Source: Lingula anatina (taxonomy: Eukaryota; Animalia; Brachiopoda). Taken from it: a stretch of 64,000 bases of DNA. Position 1 is the first letter of the stretch. Every line of letters starts with the position of its first letter. The stretch lies in assembly GCA_051362555.1 (NCBI GenBank), contig CM120641.1, positions 14,756,001 to 14,820,000 on the forward strand. Direction: 5' to 3'. This document shows positions 12,407 to 38,917 of this stretch, in pieces. Under the pieces are notes generated by a model, which worked only from the letters and a program-made list of their open reading frames with translations, did no database searches and was not told where the DNA came from. Position numbers and translations under genes: made by a program.

Positions 12407-15400
12407 GTGGGGAGAGGGGGTTCTTCAATTCTCTTTCAATTCAGAATTTGAATTTCAACTGTAAAAAAACGTGTCAAATAAGAAAATAAGAAACAAACTT
12501 CTTCACAAATATTCTGAAACATAAAGTCCTCAAAACCTGCTAATCTCATTGAACAGTATTTTTATGAACTCTCTTCTCCAATCAAATTTGTAAAACTACC
12601 TAAAACCCTTTCAATATTTGAACTCCAAAATTTTGTCTTGAGTATAAAAATACCATGTGCAGCACATGATCATCATCAAATAAAAATAATATCGAATTTC
12701 ACCAGCACTTGGACATTGAGGTGCAGTATACATCACTTTAATGGAAGACCAATGGGCAATTTGTGTCATACATTAAATAGGCACTACCTAGGCATATTAC
12801 ACTATAACTGCATAATGGGAAACTTCAACAGACACAAGCTCTAATGCATAAACGATGTGCATTGTTTTCCATTCTTCTGCAGGCATCTGATCTAGGATAA
12901 CGCAGTATGGCAAATATCTGACTGTAACAGTTAATGTGGTAGTTTGATGTAAAACTACAATAAATGCTGCAGTGACTTACATGAATTTTATCCAATTTCT
13001 TCTGAATTTTCTCTGCACATTTGTCTGCCCAATATTTCTCTCGCAAGAAATCCCAAAATAACCGTCCAATCAAAGCATTCACCCACAGAACTTGGGGTTC
13101 ACAAGCTATATGTTTTCCAGGAGCATTTAATTCTATTGATTTTTTTCCTGGACTTCCAGGTGCTGGCTTTTTGTCATTCTCCATACCAAGACTATTATTA
13201 GAACTAGAACCACTAAGTTTTCGAAGCTCATCTTCTTTGGGCATTATTCTTCCCATATACCTAAATTAAAAAAAAAATGTTCTTGTTCAGGCAAATTCGT
13301 TTACATGCAGTTATATATATATATATAAAATGTACTAAAGTACTGTAAGAAGTTACCAACGGTAAACCATAAAGCCTTCTTTCTTAGCAGCATAATAAGA
13401 TTAGGCAAAAAAAAAAAATCCAGTAAAGGATACCATAACTAGTAATTTGAACAATTACCCTGCATAACCTAGCAGTATCCTCCTCAGAGGCTCCTCACCA
13501 TCCTCCTCTGAACTCCAGGACTTGGTGGAATCAGTGGACCCCTCCCTCTTGTGGGACTTGAGTGAACTATAGGAACTTGAACGTTTGTGAAGAAACTTGG
13601 CCTCTTTCAACAACTGTTCCAGTTTATAGTCTGAAAGAGGTGTGCCTTTGGTGGCAGCATCAAATCTCCAATACCATTCCTCTTTCTCTCGCCCTGACCT
13701 TGCAAACAGGTATAACACACTGTCATCACAAGCCTCTTTTGTGACAACTTCAAAACCTGACCCCTTGGCGTCATTGGGATCTTCAGTTGAGCTTTGAGGG
13801 GACATCTGCTTGCTTAAAGCATCCCCCGCTTTAGATAATTTGATACACAATGGGTATTTTTTACTCCATACTCTTTTCTTGACAAGCCCTTGGGGAAGCA
13901 GGAAGACGCCGGAATCGGTCAAGTCGTAAATTCTTTGATGTATAAATTTCGAAGTGTGGTGAGGTTCATCCCACATGGCACGTTTTGGCACGTTCTTCAA
14001 AGGACGAGATAAACGCAGGGTTGAGCCTTCTAATCGGACGTAAATAGAGAATGTTTGGCTAATGTGGTAGTCTTCTGGATCATAGGGGTACTGAAGCTCA
14101 TTCATCCAACCCTAAGAGAGATAAAGGTGAAGTATTATAGAATATGATAAAAATTAGTCTCATATTCTTGCTCATTTTAGTTAATATTAATAGGGTAAAG
14201 ATAATTTCACAATAATAGGACAAAATATTCAAAGATTGCACCAAATAACTTAAAGTAGAATGCTTTAACTTTATATTAGTTTGTATAGGGCAATGACTTC
14301 ATAATTCTATTCTTTGATTTCAATAGAATAGCTCAGGTATTATAATTATATTAAATTTAGTTTCATAATAGATGTTTTCTTTCCTTGGTCATAATGGCAA
14401 AAATTATTGTCTTGTTATATTCCACAGTTAATAAGTCAGTGCCATAAAATGCATTGTTAATGGAATAAATGAACACAACAGCTATATCTGTTAGGGAATC
14501 AGTAATGAAATGTCACTTCCATTTGGATTCAGTACACAATGCATGATTCTTATGTCTGACAAATTGCCAGTTCTATCTAGCCATGACTGCTAAACTGTTC
14601 TATCTATTACAACCTTCACTTTGTTGGTATCCAGCACAATCTTGATACAAAAATTAATTATCTCCTGGATGAAGATTTTGATATTCATTGCTTCCCTGGG
14701 GCAGTTAAATGTATAGATTTAATAGTAATTACTTGATTAATGACATCCAATAACAAAAGGTGCTAAATCACTGCTGGTAATAGAAGTTATGCCATATCTG
14801 TAGGTTAGAAAGTTTCCCAACAACCTAAGTATTGATTTACTCACTCATTTCCTGGAACTACTTAGACTTAATACATCTTATTGCCTTGCTGCCATGAAAA
14901 AGGATCCAATTCAAACCCCCATTTTACTAATGTGCCTATTTATAATGTTCCAATTGTAATGTTTTTCCCTTTAACCTGGATGGGTATAATGTCACGATCT
15001 CAAAGTTGCAATTACACAACTGTATTTACATAGCTGATTTCTGCAATCTAGACAGTCTCAGGAAGAAACTGTTGCTTACAATTAAAAACACTATCACAAT
15101 ACTCCTTAAATATAAAAGGTATCGGATTCAGCAAAATGAGCTTACATCATGTATGAGTCTATAAATAGAAAAAAGTATTCATGAGCTTTCAATCTGGATG
15201 TAAAAGAGAATTTTTGAGCAAAAATGAATTAATTCATCTAATCATTATAATTTTCCATCAAAGTGTAAGGTCAATCCAAGAATGTTTTTAAAGAGTGTCC
15301 CACTCATGAGATACTATCACTAAATAAACATTTTTTTACATTTACATTCTTTTGTCAGTAGAGAGGAAACGTTTTTCATACCAATCCTCTCTTTCATGAA

Positions 15401-18400
15401 TCATACAAATGGTCTAGTAAATAATTTTTTCAAGACTAATTGTGGTCCCACTATTCAATTTAACTGCAGTTGTTCAGCCAGAAACACATAGAGAAAAAAA
15501 AATCTCATTATCTTTTTTTTTACTAACAAATTCAATCTTCTATGTGCTGATAGTGTTTTTGGCAAGCTTGATGCAGACAGCAAACTGTATGTAAAATGTA
15601 CCATTACACATTGCACAATGGTTTGATGTGAACAGCATCAGACTTGAGTAGTACTTTGAAAGTCTGTCTTCTTCTTTTTTTCAGCTCTACAAACAATGAT
15701 AACAAACACCACAGATTACCTTAAACACTCCATCATTTTTTCCTTCCTTCATTTCGGGTACCAAAAGAGGGGGGAGTTCAGAAAGTGGGGGGATCACGCA
15801 GGGTTCCATTGGCTGCCGAGGTTCCATCCACCACTTGTAGAAACGCATCAAGGCATACATTATGGCAGCACCAATGACCATTCCTGAGATGTAGGAGGGT
15901 AATGGAAGAATAAAATACAAAAATACTACGACCATCCAGCTAAATAACTTTTTACCGGGTACTGACTCATGGTGGTCTGCTTGAGCACTATTCTGTAAAT
16001 CTTTTGGAGAAGCTTTGCTATCAACTGGTGGAGTTGACTCAAAAATGTCATAAAAGGTATCTTCAGAGTCCTGTTTCGATTTTTTATCCATTAAGGAGCT
16101 GAAAGTCAATGGTCCTGGTGCCATGGTCGGCTTTGGTCTATTTTTTAGCAAACTGGCAGCTTTTCTCACAATTTTTTTAGCCTTACTTGGCCCTCCTACA
16201 GCCATGGCCTGGCTAACCTCCACACCTGCAGAAGAACGTGTTATAACAGCCCTGGGAAGATTAACACCTCCATCAAATTCCTCTAACGGCTCTGCTTCAT
16301 AATACTCATCCATGATTTTTATCGACTCTGCAGGAGGCACACTTCCATTGTCTTCTGCACACTTTCTCTTAGCAACCTCATCATTTATTTTGGGGTCACT
16401 ACTGTAATCAGAAAGGTCATCCTCTTCAGCTTCACTGGCCAGCTTCTTACTCAGGGCAGTAAGAGGATCATCTGGACTGTCCTTGCTATCAAACCAAGAC
16501 TCCCCATCTTTATCATCTTCTATCACTCCAGTCGCTATCTTCCGTATACCTGTTGAAGGAGGCTTTGGTCTCTTGGGAACCATTTTAGGAGACCTGATGG
16601 TAAAGATTTTCATTATTAAAGGAACACTTTTCATTTCTCAGACAGAAGAAAAATGGAACCAATATAAGATGCAACCAACAGCACACATAATCAGACGCAA
16701 TGGAAGTTGTTATTGCATGCTCCTTTTTGCCAACAAGCTAGAATTTTTTTCAGACAAAATCAATAATTAATTCAATTTGAGAAAAAAACTTGATAATAAG
16801 GTAAATAAAATAAAATTAATCAACTATCAGTGCATGCATGAGAGTAGTAAGCATAATGTCTCTATTCAAATGTGATAAGTAATTATAAATCAGGAAAGCC
16901 ACCAATAAATGAAGATTTGATTTTGTGAACCTATGATAGGCCCTGTGCAATCAAGCTCCATCACTATTACACATCAAACTATTATTCACCCCATTTATCT
17001 TGATTAATTTGTGCACAAAAATTAAGTTTTTTATGTCCTGAACCACTTAGTAAGAATGTGCATCATAGAAAGTGCATTGGAACGTATTAATGCTGGTAAT
17101 GGATGCAGGCTTCCAGGAGACTCAAAAACTCACGTCAAATTGACACTATTAATTAGAACAGGAATTCTTTATAATACGAAAATGTCTGTATCTGTTTAAA
17201 GCGTGTTCAATATTAGTACAGAATTATTTTTTTATTGTAGTCATGTGTCTTAAAGAGCGCAATTGCGAAAACTAAACATACATCTGTTTGTTATGCATGA
17301 GGTGTATGCGGAGTGTGCAAGTGCACGTGTGCAGACATGATTCTTTTGAGTAGAGAATAATGCTTCTAGATTACTTTCTCTGATGAAGCCACATTACCTC
17401 AGAATACAGGAACAAATACACTCTCCAGATTGATCGATACTTGCAGATTTTTTCTGACTTTGAACTGATTAATGCTGTTCTCTCTTTCCTTTCACACACA
17501 CACACACACAAAAAAAAAAAAAAAACTTCGGCCACATTCACAATTAAAAATGTTCTGCGGATCAAATATGGCCGATCCACTTGAAAGTTTCCTGTGTAAT
17601 CCCCAAGGGTGAATCTATTCAGTGTCTGTTAGAGGGTTATGCTGGAAGTTTTCAAGTGGATTGGCCATATTTGATCCACAGCTCTGTTAGTCTGCAGATC
17701 ATTTTTGATTGTGAATGTGGTCTAAGGTGTTTTCAACTTGTTCTGAATGAGCCCTTATTCCATACATCTTTTCCATTAATTTCCTCAGGCCTACCCAACT
17801 ACCAGACTCGGCACCGAATGATCCAGAATTCACCGGTAGATCAGACCACACTACCCGTTTTCAAGGTGTGTGTCAGATCGCATTACACAGTATCAGACGC
17901 GACACCGCTCTTGCCTAGTATGCGATGTGATAGTGACGATTCTCAGCGGGGTTGAAAAGCATTCCATCACCACTCAAAATTTGTTCAGGGTATGATACTG
18001 TGTAATGCGATCTGACACACACCTTGAAAACGGGTAGTGTGGCCTGGTCTACCGGTGAATTCTGGATCATTCGGTGCCGAGTCTGGTAGTTGGGTCGGCC
18101 TGTTCCTGCATTATCAACATACATGTCAACCTTACTGGTTTATTCACAGGAATGAATAAATCATCTTAAACATATTTCAAATGAGTCCAAAATTGTTATG
18201 CACATGTCAGATGTTATGTTGGACAAAGAAGCATAAAATGATTATAGTTGCAGAGTGCAGACACAGTTTACACTGATCTAGACTGTATTAACACACACCG
18301 CAAACAGAGTTACACATTCCCTAATATGAAATTCACTGCCACCCTCCTCCTTTAGCATTCCCATTCCTTTTTCAGCAAGTCTAGCCTCATTAAAAGTTGC

Positions 18401-18947
18401 TAGAATAAGCAAATTCTAGGCTTCCCATGTAAACCTGTGTTCAATGAAACTAGATCAGGTTTTGATTCAGAATAAGCCAAATGGGTGGTTTGTCTACAGA
18501 CCTGATTTATCTGAAAGAGTGAGTTTGTGAGATTGCAATTTGTATGAGTGAACTCCCACCTTACCTCGTCCTTGTGGGTGATGCCCCCAGGGGATCTGAT
18601 TGCCAACCCGGTCTGTGTATTTGGTGGTCCTTTTGCTTGACTGTCTCCAGGTCAGAGACAGAACTAGGCTTCTGAAGTGAGCATGGGGAAATCATATCCT
18701 CCTTGTTATTTCCATTATCATCAGTAATATCATTGCTCCGTTTCCATGTTGTCAATCCCCCACTTGACTCACTTCGGTGGAACTGGATTGAGTCTTTGAG
18801 ATCATCTTCAATGTCAGAATCAGATTCTAGGTTTGTAGCATTGAAGCGGATTGCTATCCCCCCGGGTGAGCCCTTGCTGAGCTTCCCCAATGATGGAGCT
18901 GGAGGCCTTGGAGGGGGAGCTTCTTTTTTCATACTCATCTTCATCAA
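10437..18947 (-). CDS. TEX2: Testis-expressed protein 2 (ER membrane-contact-site lipid transfer protein with PH-like and SMP domains). Exons approx. 18947-18565, 16593-15720, 14111-13459, 13260-12981, 12266-12034, 11902-11808, 11383-11165, 10929-10810, 10538-10437
   Basis: TM hairpin (FLYFILPLPSYISGMVIG), PH-like region GWMNE..YDPEDYH..SIYVRLEGSTLRLSRP, WVNALIGRLFWDFL, SMP-domain GLWIDLDIAYNG..LETKVNLMKL, NIPPPPTDRLWYGFR, C-terminal FVLPNMDDLVIP. Confidence 0.95.
11570..11622 (+). mobile_element. 3' end fragment of Helentron-associated (HINE/DINE-like) element
   Basis: GGAGGTCTGCACTCTCTGACTGCTCTTCTAGTTT resembles the 3' subterminal repeat, hairpin and CTAGT end typical of these elements; related to 39656-39870. 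Confidence 0.5.
12368..12401. repeat. (GT)n microsatellite
   Basis: Direct. Confidence 0.9.
17786..18102. mobile_element. 317-bp MITE with ~110-bp TIRs, CAGG termini, 5-bp TSD, in a TEX2 intron
   Basis: Arms 17786-17895 / 17993-18102 are near-perfect inverted repeats; TSD TTCCT at 17781-17785 and 18103-18107. Confidence 0.92.
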
Positions 18948-21900
18948 CTACATCTAGAAAGCCTTGCACAGGACTAAATATAATGCAAAAAGAAAAAAAA
19001 TATATATATACACATATCAAATTAACTTGTATAATGTGCATAGAAAAATAAACCAAAGTGCAATTGATTGGAAAATGTTTTTTAAATCTGTTAAATACAG
19101 CCACCTGCAAGTGTTGGATGATTTTCAGCTAATTAGTGGAGAGAATGAATTTTACACGTATCTATGAATATGTTTATTTAATTTTCACAAAATGACTCAT
19201 GATTAACTGTGACAATGATAGCAAATCTGGAATACTTCAGATCTAAAAGGCATTGTAACAGAGAAACTCTCAAATATTTTGGCCTGTAGTTCTTCCAACC
19301 CCATATAAACTATTCATACATATTTTCCCCCATAATTTTGGAAAAAAAGAGAAAAATACAATATACAGATAATAATTCAAAATATCAAAATTATGCCATG
19401 TGATGCCACACTTGGCAGTTACAGCACTCAATTAATAAATATACTAAATCAAATCAGTTACAGTCTCTCTTACGATGACTTGGCCAAAAGATATGTATTA
19501 CTGCTTGTTCAAGAGTTTCAAAATCACTGCAGTATCAGATGCTATTACTTTAAGATACAGGGCAAGTGATGTATTAGCAGGATTGAATTCAAGCAATAAG
19601 AACAACCAAATGCATTTCCTGTATTTATCATGATCATTAATGATCTAGAAAGACACACTGCTTGAAGGTTAAGATGGACCTGTCAATAAAATATGAAGTT
19701 ATGTCAGATAATCCCTATAAATTAAAATTTAGCTTTCTGTCTCTATTTTTAAGTACTTGTATATAATATGAACACTTGCATGTACCACAGACATACTTAA
19801 TTATGAAGTGTTCAAGTTAAAAGCAAAATGATATATTTTATGAAAATTCTTGTAACTACAGACATACTAAATCTTGAAAGTTTAAATGATCATACACATG
19901 CAATTACACAGCTGAAAAGACATCCTTTATCTTCATCATTATTATATCATAATTATAAAAATAATAATTATTTAATATTATTACTAAATTATTATTATAA
20001 CAATTTTATCTTCAACAAAAGTGTTAAAAATCATATGTGAGAAAACCAAGTATGACCCCTTTTCACTATGTGTCAAGGTTATAGATTACTGTCAAAACTT
20101 TACTATCTTTTCTGAATTACGAGTTTGATGATTTTAGGTCATATTTGTCTTATCTGCCTTTGGTTAATGTTCGGGCATTGTCAAGATGCTAATCCTCAGT
20201 TGACGCAGTACTGATAATTATTTGGATGAGTTGTGCTTCGCAGTTCCTGACATGAATCAAAATAATGTACTAGATAGTAATCTGTAAGGATTTTCGCTCT
20301 CTTATTTACAGCGTACAGTTTCTTCTTTCAGCTGAATGTTCAGAATAATTGTTCAACCAATATTCAGATGGATTTTCAAAAGAAGAAAAAGAAAAGTCTC
20401 TGTATATATTAGCTATCTACCCATATTTCTATATTTATCTTTTTATGTAATAGACAAACACAGGGAGACAGAAAGAAAGACAGACAGAATGTTTGTTATA
20501 AACAGATTGACGGTAATTACTCCCTAACTTAATAAAGCTACTCAATCATTCCATTACAAAAAATAATATTCAAGATTTATCATGTGTTCCAAAGCACAAA
20601 CTGCATTCCTTCCCTATGAAATTATTCCAATTTATTTTTGTTTAACATATTATTGACAGTAAATTCTTTTGAAAAATATATTCCATCACTTTTGATCAAA
20701 TTTAGAGAGAAATTACCATAAAAAGCAAGCTTAAAGTGAAATGATAGATCCACTTTCACGGACCTCTAAGGGTTATTCTTGCAGTCTAAGAGCAGGGGAG
20801 GGGGAGGGCACTAAAAACAACTCTTGTAAAGACTTTATTACATCTTTGATTAGATTCCTGGAAGAAGCTGCCCTTGACATTTTGCCATGGTGATCAATAA
20901 CTCTTATAAATCCACATTTTTACAATGTAATGCATCAGCATCTTAAAAGACAGCATATAACAGAAAAATTAAACAGATATGAGAAGAAGATATAGTAAAA
21001 AAAACCTGACCACTAGATTTAACTGGTTAATACATTGTGAGACCCACATACACAGTTATCATACTCCAACATCTGTTGGGTGGCACCTGTGAGACACTTT
21101 AGGGGGGCTGAGTATAATAATTTACCTCTACCCATTTCAGAGCACCTTATATTCCCATTTTCAGTAATGTAAACAAGTATCAAAATATAATCTCACAAAG
21201 TGAGTTTTTTTGCACATGGGCATTATTGCAAAACATCCAGTCAGCAATGAAAGCTCTATCATCACTGTAGAATACTGGTAGATTTGTGGAAAACTAAGTG
21301 TTTAATGTCAGAAAGATATCAAGTGAAACACGTAAGATAAATGCCTGCAGGCTGCTCTTGTTGTATTCTATCCATCATTCCCGTCACCTGTGCCTCCCAC
21401 CCCTAGGGCCAACTACATGTACAGGTACATGTTACCCTGCTTGGACCCTTTCTGAAAAAACCTATTACTGACATTTATGTACATATATGTTCCTTAATAG
21501 TTAGTGCAACATCATAACTGATCTACAACATACAAAAGATGAGGGGTGTATCATAATCTTTTAAAGAGATTTATATTCAATTATAGCCCCTAGACATGTA
21601 CCTGTAATGCTCAAATCCACAGGGAAAAATAATTTGGTACATTTCCAAACAAAGTTGACAGTGCACTGTTAACCTAGTTTTGCCACATTCCAAACATTAT
21701 GACGTGCCCTGGTAGACATATACGTGAATATGAAGACTGAAATATTGTTGTTGTTTACCATGAAAACATAAAATGTATTTTCAGAAGTTAAATAAATAGC
21801 ATAACAATTGCAACTGTGGACAACTGAACGTTTTTTATGTCAGAATATCAATGAATCCTAGAAAACCTATTTGATAAAACACCTACATACAACCTTGGAG

Positions 21901-22099
21901 AGTTTGAAAATAAATAGATACAAGACGTCATTCCTACAACTGTACTATGATTTCACATATCATATGCACACTAGTTCTACATCACATGTAAATCTGCAAA
22001 TCATTTCGTTTGAAATGTTCGTTTTAACAGAGATCACAGAAGTACAAATATCAATGCAAAATCTAATCTAATTATTATAAGAAGGGATTTCGTTTGCTG

Positions 22100-22571
22100 A
22101 TAGTTTCGCTATTTACCTCAACACGCCTTGCTTTTCTTGGGAAGTGCTTCTCCACCTCTATTTACTTGACTTGACCTTATTGTGTACAGACTCCGCAGTA
22201 AATGAAAATCTTCCAATCACATTACAAAACGTACCCACCTGTAATGTACGACGACCCGTGCATTGCTCCAGAAAATTTAATGCGGTTATCTAGATCATTG
22301 ACAATACTGTCGAAGTTGTAACTAATTTTGGTCGTTATTTATAAGGACTTTTTGTTGCTTATTTAGTAATGTACATTCGTGTGTACAAGGTTATATTTCT
22401 GAGGGACAACTTCCTAATCTCTTTTACCTTTTAGTGCGGAACTAGGCAGCAATTGTAACAAGCAGCAGGCGGAAGAGAAAACAAAACATGGGAACTTTTT
22501 TATAAAGATAGATATCCGTGTAGTTATCTCTGGGACCAGTATGTAAACTAATTATTGATTCTGTCTGCAAG
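22100..22571. promoter_or_regulatory. Probable bidirectional promoter region of TEX2 (-) and IRE1 (+)
   Basis: Divergent gene orientation; CpG enrichment; minus-strand donor-like sites near 22115 and 22238; CCAAT at ~22213; ETS-like ACTTCC/GCGGAAG near 22410-22475. Confidence 0.55.
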
Positions 22572-34974
<12,403 letters not shown>

Positions 34975-37165
34975 AAACTCTACATAGAGTGCAAGTTTTT
35001 AAGTAAAATAGCACATCTGTTGATGATACATGTTTGATGAAAAGATAAGACAAATAATGATTAAATGAGGAGATTGGAGGACAAATTTTTAGATTTTGAG
35101 TAGCCATAAAATGTGGTACTGTTGCACAGAGAAAAAAACAAGTTTGGGAGATGGCTAGGGGAAATTGTAGCAGCAAGAATCTGACAGGAAGATCCAAAAT
35201 GGGTTGCTATGGAAATCGAATGTTCCAGTCTCCACAACTACAATCTGTTAATTTCGCTGGAAATGCATTTCTGTGGAACTTTTTTTTTTTGGTGCAACTA
35301 CTTCTGATGTACATTTATAAAGTTCACTTGAAAATATTAAAAAAAAATATTTCAGGGTTTTTTACATTTTTTTTCATAAAGGCATTTTAGATAAGAAATT
35401 TGTATGTTAAGATGAGAACTTTATGACTCACAGCAAGTCTTTCAGTCTCTGCTAAGAAAACCAATGTCTTTTATGGCAAGGTATTAGGAATGTGAAGATT
35501 ATTTTCTAGACAAAGAGTCTGTAAGCAGGGATAATATTTAACTTTGAAAAGTTGAATGTTTTGTGTATTGAATAAATATTTTTGTAGAAGTAGACCATTC
35601 CTGTCAAGATAAAGATTCTTGTGAGATGTGTGCACTTTTGGTAAAAATGCTCCTCTTAATCGAAAAAAAAAAAAAAGTCCAGTGGTGACTGTTGGAGAGA
35701 AGATTGATACTCTAAAACAATTTGGGTGTATCTTTATCAAACGCAATTATTTATTTATTACTTTTAAAGGCATTATTTTTATTGTCACAAGGTTGGATGG
35801 TCAGGCAGCCATCATTTTTTTCATAAACTTCTGATCAGGAAAAAATGTTTATGAAGTTTTCTTGTTGCAGATTATATGTGGATCTATCATATTTATTGGG
35901 TACATGCCAAAAATTCTTACAGTAATTAGATCATTTTATTCAGAATTATGTTGGGTGATGGTACATGCAAGTTTGTGTGCAAATAGGATTTATTCTTGTA
36001 CAAAGAACTCGACTGCTCCATTTGTACTCACAAATGATGCAATATATCCATGAATTCATGGAAATAATTGCCACAGTAGGAGTAATATATTTTCACTTAA
36101 AAAACCCATGCATAAATACCTGCAAACACCCAGATAAATATTTATGAATGTGTATTGTTGATATTCATATTGATAAACAGAACTATTAGGTTTACATATT
36201 TTTATTGTAAATTCTGTAAGCATAATTTGTGCAACATATTACATTGTACAATAAAAGCATATTTTTAGAACTCTCTGTACAGTAACTGTAACAGTTGAAC
36301 ATGATATAACAGTCCCTGAAACATGGATCATACAGACAAACCCTGGTCAGACCAAAGAAAGTGACCATGGTATTTACGACTGTATTTTCATTATTCACAA
36401 CTAGCAGAACATAACATAACTGCTTGTCTACATCTGACAGAATAAAAACAACCATTTTTCATGTCTAAACTATTCAGCTGTTGCAGTGTAACAGTCTGAT
36501 GTCTTCATAAGTTTTTATATTTGACAAAGCACCAGATACAGCCAGAAATACATTTCAAAAGATAAAGAAATTTATCATGAAAAAAAAAAGCAACTGGATG
36601 ACTGTTTAACATAAAATGTAAGTTTGAACCCCACGTTTTCTTAAGCAGTGTGTAAAAGATTCCATGGTCATGGTTAACTTGCCTCTATCTGATTCCTAAA
36701 GTTAATATGAAGTAAACAAAATGCACATTAAAATAATAACAGCAAAACTATATACTAGTATGCATAATAACTTGTGGTTGTAAGTTTTCTCATAAAAAAA
36801 TGAATATACCAAAGGTATATATTATGGTATAGAACTTGTAGTCTAAAACAATAAAACCTTAGCAAAAGCAATGTAAAATATACTTTCCAATTAAAAACAA
36901 TTAATATTCAAAGCTAAACAAAATGAAAATTGCACACAACAAACAAGGCTATGTAAAGAGATTCAGATGCAAAAATAACATTGAAAGCATCACAATAACA
37001 GATCTTTTTCATAAAAGAATGATATGTAATAAACAAATACACCTTAATAAAATGTAAAACAGGAGTCATGCTGATGCCCATAATAACTTCATTAGTAAAT
37101 TAATGTTAGTAAAACGAGCTATTCTACTGGAGGTCCACAATGTAAAATACAATTGTTTACGAAAG

Positions 37166-38065
37166 TCATTCCGATTCACTGCTTTCAGAGGAAAGTGCAA
37201 GTTCAGTTTGGATATCATTCATAGCAAGGTAATCTAGCAGCCTTTGTGGCAACGGCAGAGTTTTTAACTTCTGGAGAAATAATCGCCCGGCTTCTTGGTG
37301 CAGGACCTGTCTTCTTATTGCAACCCTGCATTGTCTCTGTAAGTTGGGTGGAGTGGAAAGCTCATCTTTCAACCACCTGCAGAATTCCACATCCTCAGCT
37401 ACCCGAGCAGGTAGACTAAGCCATATACCTTGCTCTTTTGTGATGTTATAACCAGCGTATGCCAACAACTTTATGATATCCTTATGACAGTGAAACATGC
37501 ACCAATGTAGTAGTGTCTTAGTCCTTGATTCTCCAGGGAAGTTAACATAAGCACCGTTAAGAATAAGCATGGCTGCCATTTTCTCCCTACGAGGATATTT
37601 AAGACTAAGATAGAGAGGAGACTCATTCCACATCTCTGATATATTAATCTTAGCCCCGTATGATATTAAAAGTTCTACAATGTCTATTCTTCTCTGTCGT
37701 GTTGCCATCCAGAGAGCTGTATGATTATAGTTATCCACAGCATCAATATCAGCACCTTTATTAAGTAGAATCGTCATCATTTCTTTGTTTCCTACGCGAC
37801 ATGCAGCAACTAGCAAAGGCTCAATGCGCCCTTTCCCATCATTGGATGGCATATCCAAATCTATCTTATCAGCATTATTGAGGATCCAATGAAAGATGCT
37901 CTCTCTATTTTTGTAGAATGCCATTGCCAAGGCTGTGGCACCCCGGAAAGTTTGGTTGAGGTCTACGTGATCGGTTTCTACTAGTTTCATCACTGTTGGA
38001 AGATCGTCTGCCACCACTGCCCCAAACATGTTACAAATGTGAGGTGTCATGGTTTTTGATGTCAT
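37166..38065 (-). CDS. Ankyrin repeat and SOCS box protein (ASB family), CDS in a single exon
   Basis: 299-aa ORF with ankyrin repeats (LLNKGADIDAVDNYNHTALWMA, LISYGAKIN) and C-terminal SOCS box PPNLQRQCRVAIRR...LPLPQRLLDYL. Confidence 0.93.
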   Translation of the reverse strand: MTSKTMTPHICNMFGAVVADDLPTVMKLVETDHVDLNQTFRGATALAMAFYKNRESIFHWILNNADKIDLDMPSNDGKGRIEPLLVAACRVGNKEMMTILLNKGADIDAVDNYNHTALWMATRQRRIDIVELLISYGAKINISEMWNESPLYLSLKYPRREKMAAMLILNGAYVNFPGESRTKTLLHWCMFHCHKDIIKLLAYAGYNITKEQGIWLSLPARVAEDVEFCRWLKDELSTPPNLQRQCRVAIRRQVLHQEAGRLFLQKLKTLPLPQRLLDYLAMNDIQTELALSSESSESE

Positions 38066-38599
38066 GGAAACAGGTATATAAAAAGAGTTTCTAGAACGTC
38101 ATGGAACTGCAGTGAAGTTGGTACAAATCATTGTAGAAATTAAGAAGGTTAGGACCTGGGGGGAAAAAAACAGGTATTATCTCATCTTCTCTCCTACGCA
38201 TTTCTGGTTAAGAGAAGCAACGATAAAATATTCATGAATTAACGTTATCACTAGGAACTATGTTTACAAGATACAGTACGTGTACCTTACTGTTAGTTAG
38301 CACATTCACATTTATCATCCTTGAAATACTATCTTCTTAATTATAAATGTATCCCATCTTATATGTCATGAGAAGCGTTGACAGCAACCAATATTAAATG
38401 CTAACAAAAGTTTATCAAATGCACCTTAATCATCGACCTCCTGAACAAAAAATAAAAGAAAAGAAAATACCTCCGTGCAATTTTTAACAGTCTACATAAT
38501 ACATGTTACACTAACAACACTGTCAACAGTAAACAGCACTGTATTTCCCGATTTCTGTGAACCGTCATTTATACAAATTGACTCGAATTTGTATAAAGA

Positions 38600-38917
38600 T
38601 CGCAACACATACCTTTTCGCCAAGTTGATCCTTTTGCACAAAGACCAACGCTTCGCCTGGCATGGTTTCATGCGATCTTAATAAATATCAAAACCCATAA
38701 ATGGGCACATCACAAGGGGGGATTCCATACTGCTGGAAATTTACTTTAACTTCACGTCTGATTGGATAAAAATGGACGAATTAAACCTTGACCAATCACG
38801 ACCCAAATTTATCAGTGACGCGGGCCTGTAAATAGCTTGTTTTCATTCAGCAAGTTCTTGACAGCGGTAGTCGACAGGGATAAGTTGTAAAATTATGACT
38901 AAAGCATAACCGCAATT
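38600..38917. promoter_or_regulatory. Probable bidirectional promoter of ASB (-) and IFT27 (+)
   Basis: Divergent genes; CpG-rich; opposing CCAAT boxes (GATTGG ~38760, CCAATC ~38792); TGACG at ~38816; minus-strand donor-like GTATGT near 38612. Confidence 0.55.

Noticed and set aside
13425-13434. Minus-strand GTATCCTTT resembling a U12 donor in TEX2
   Set aside because: The in-frame junction LLGYAG/YMGR uses the upstream GTAATT donor, and a stop codon precedes the U12-like site.
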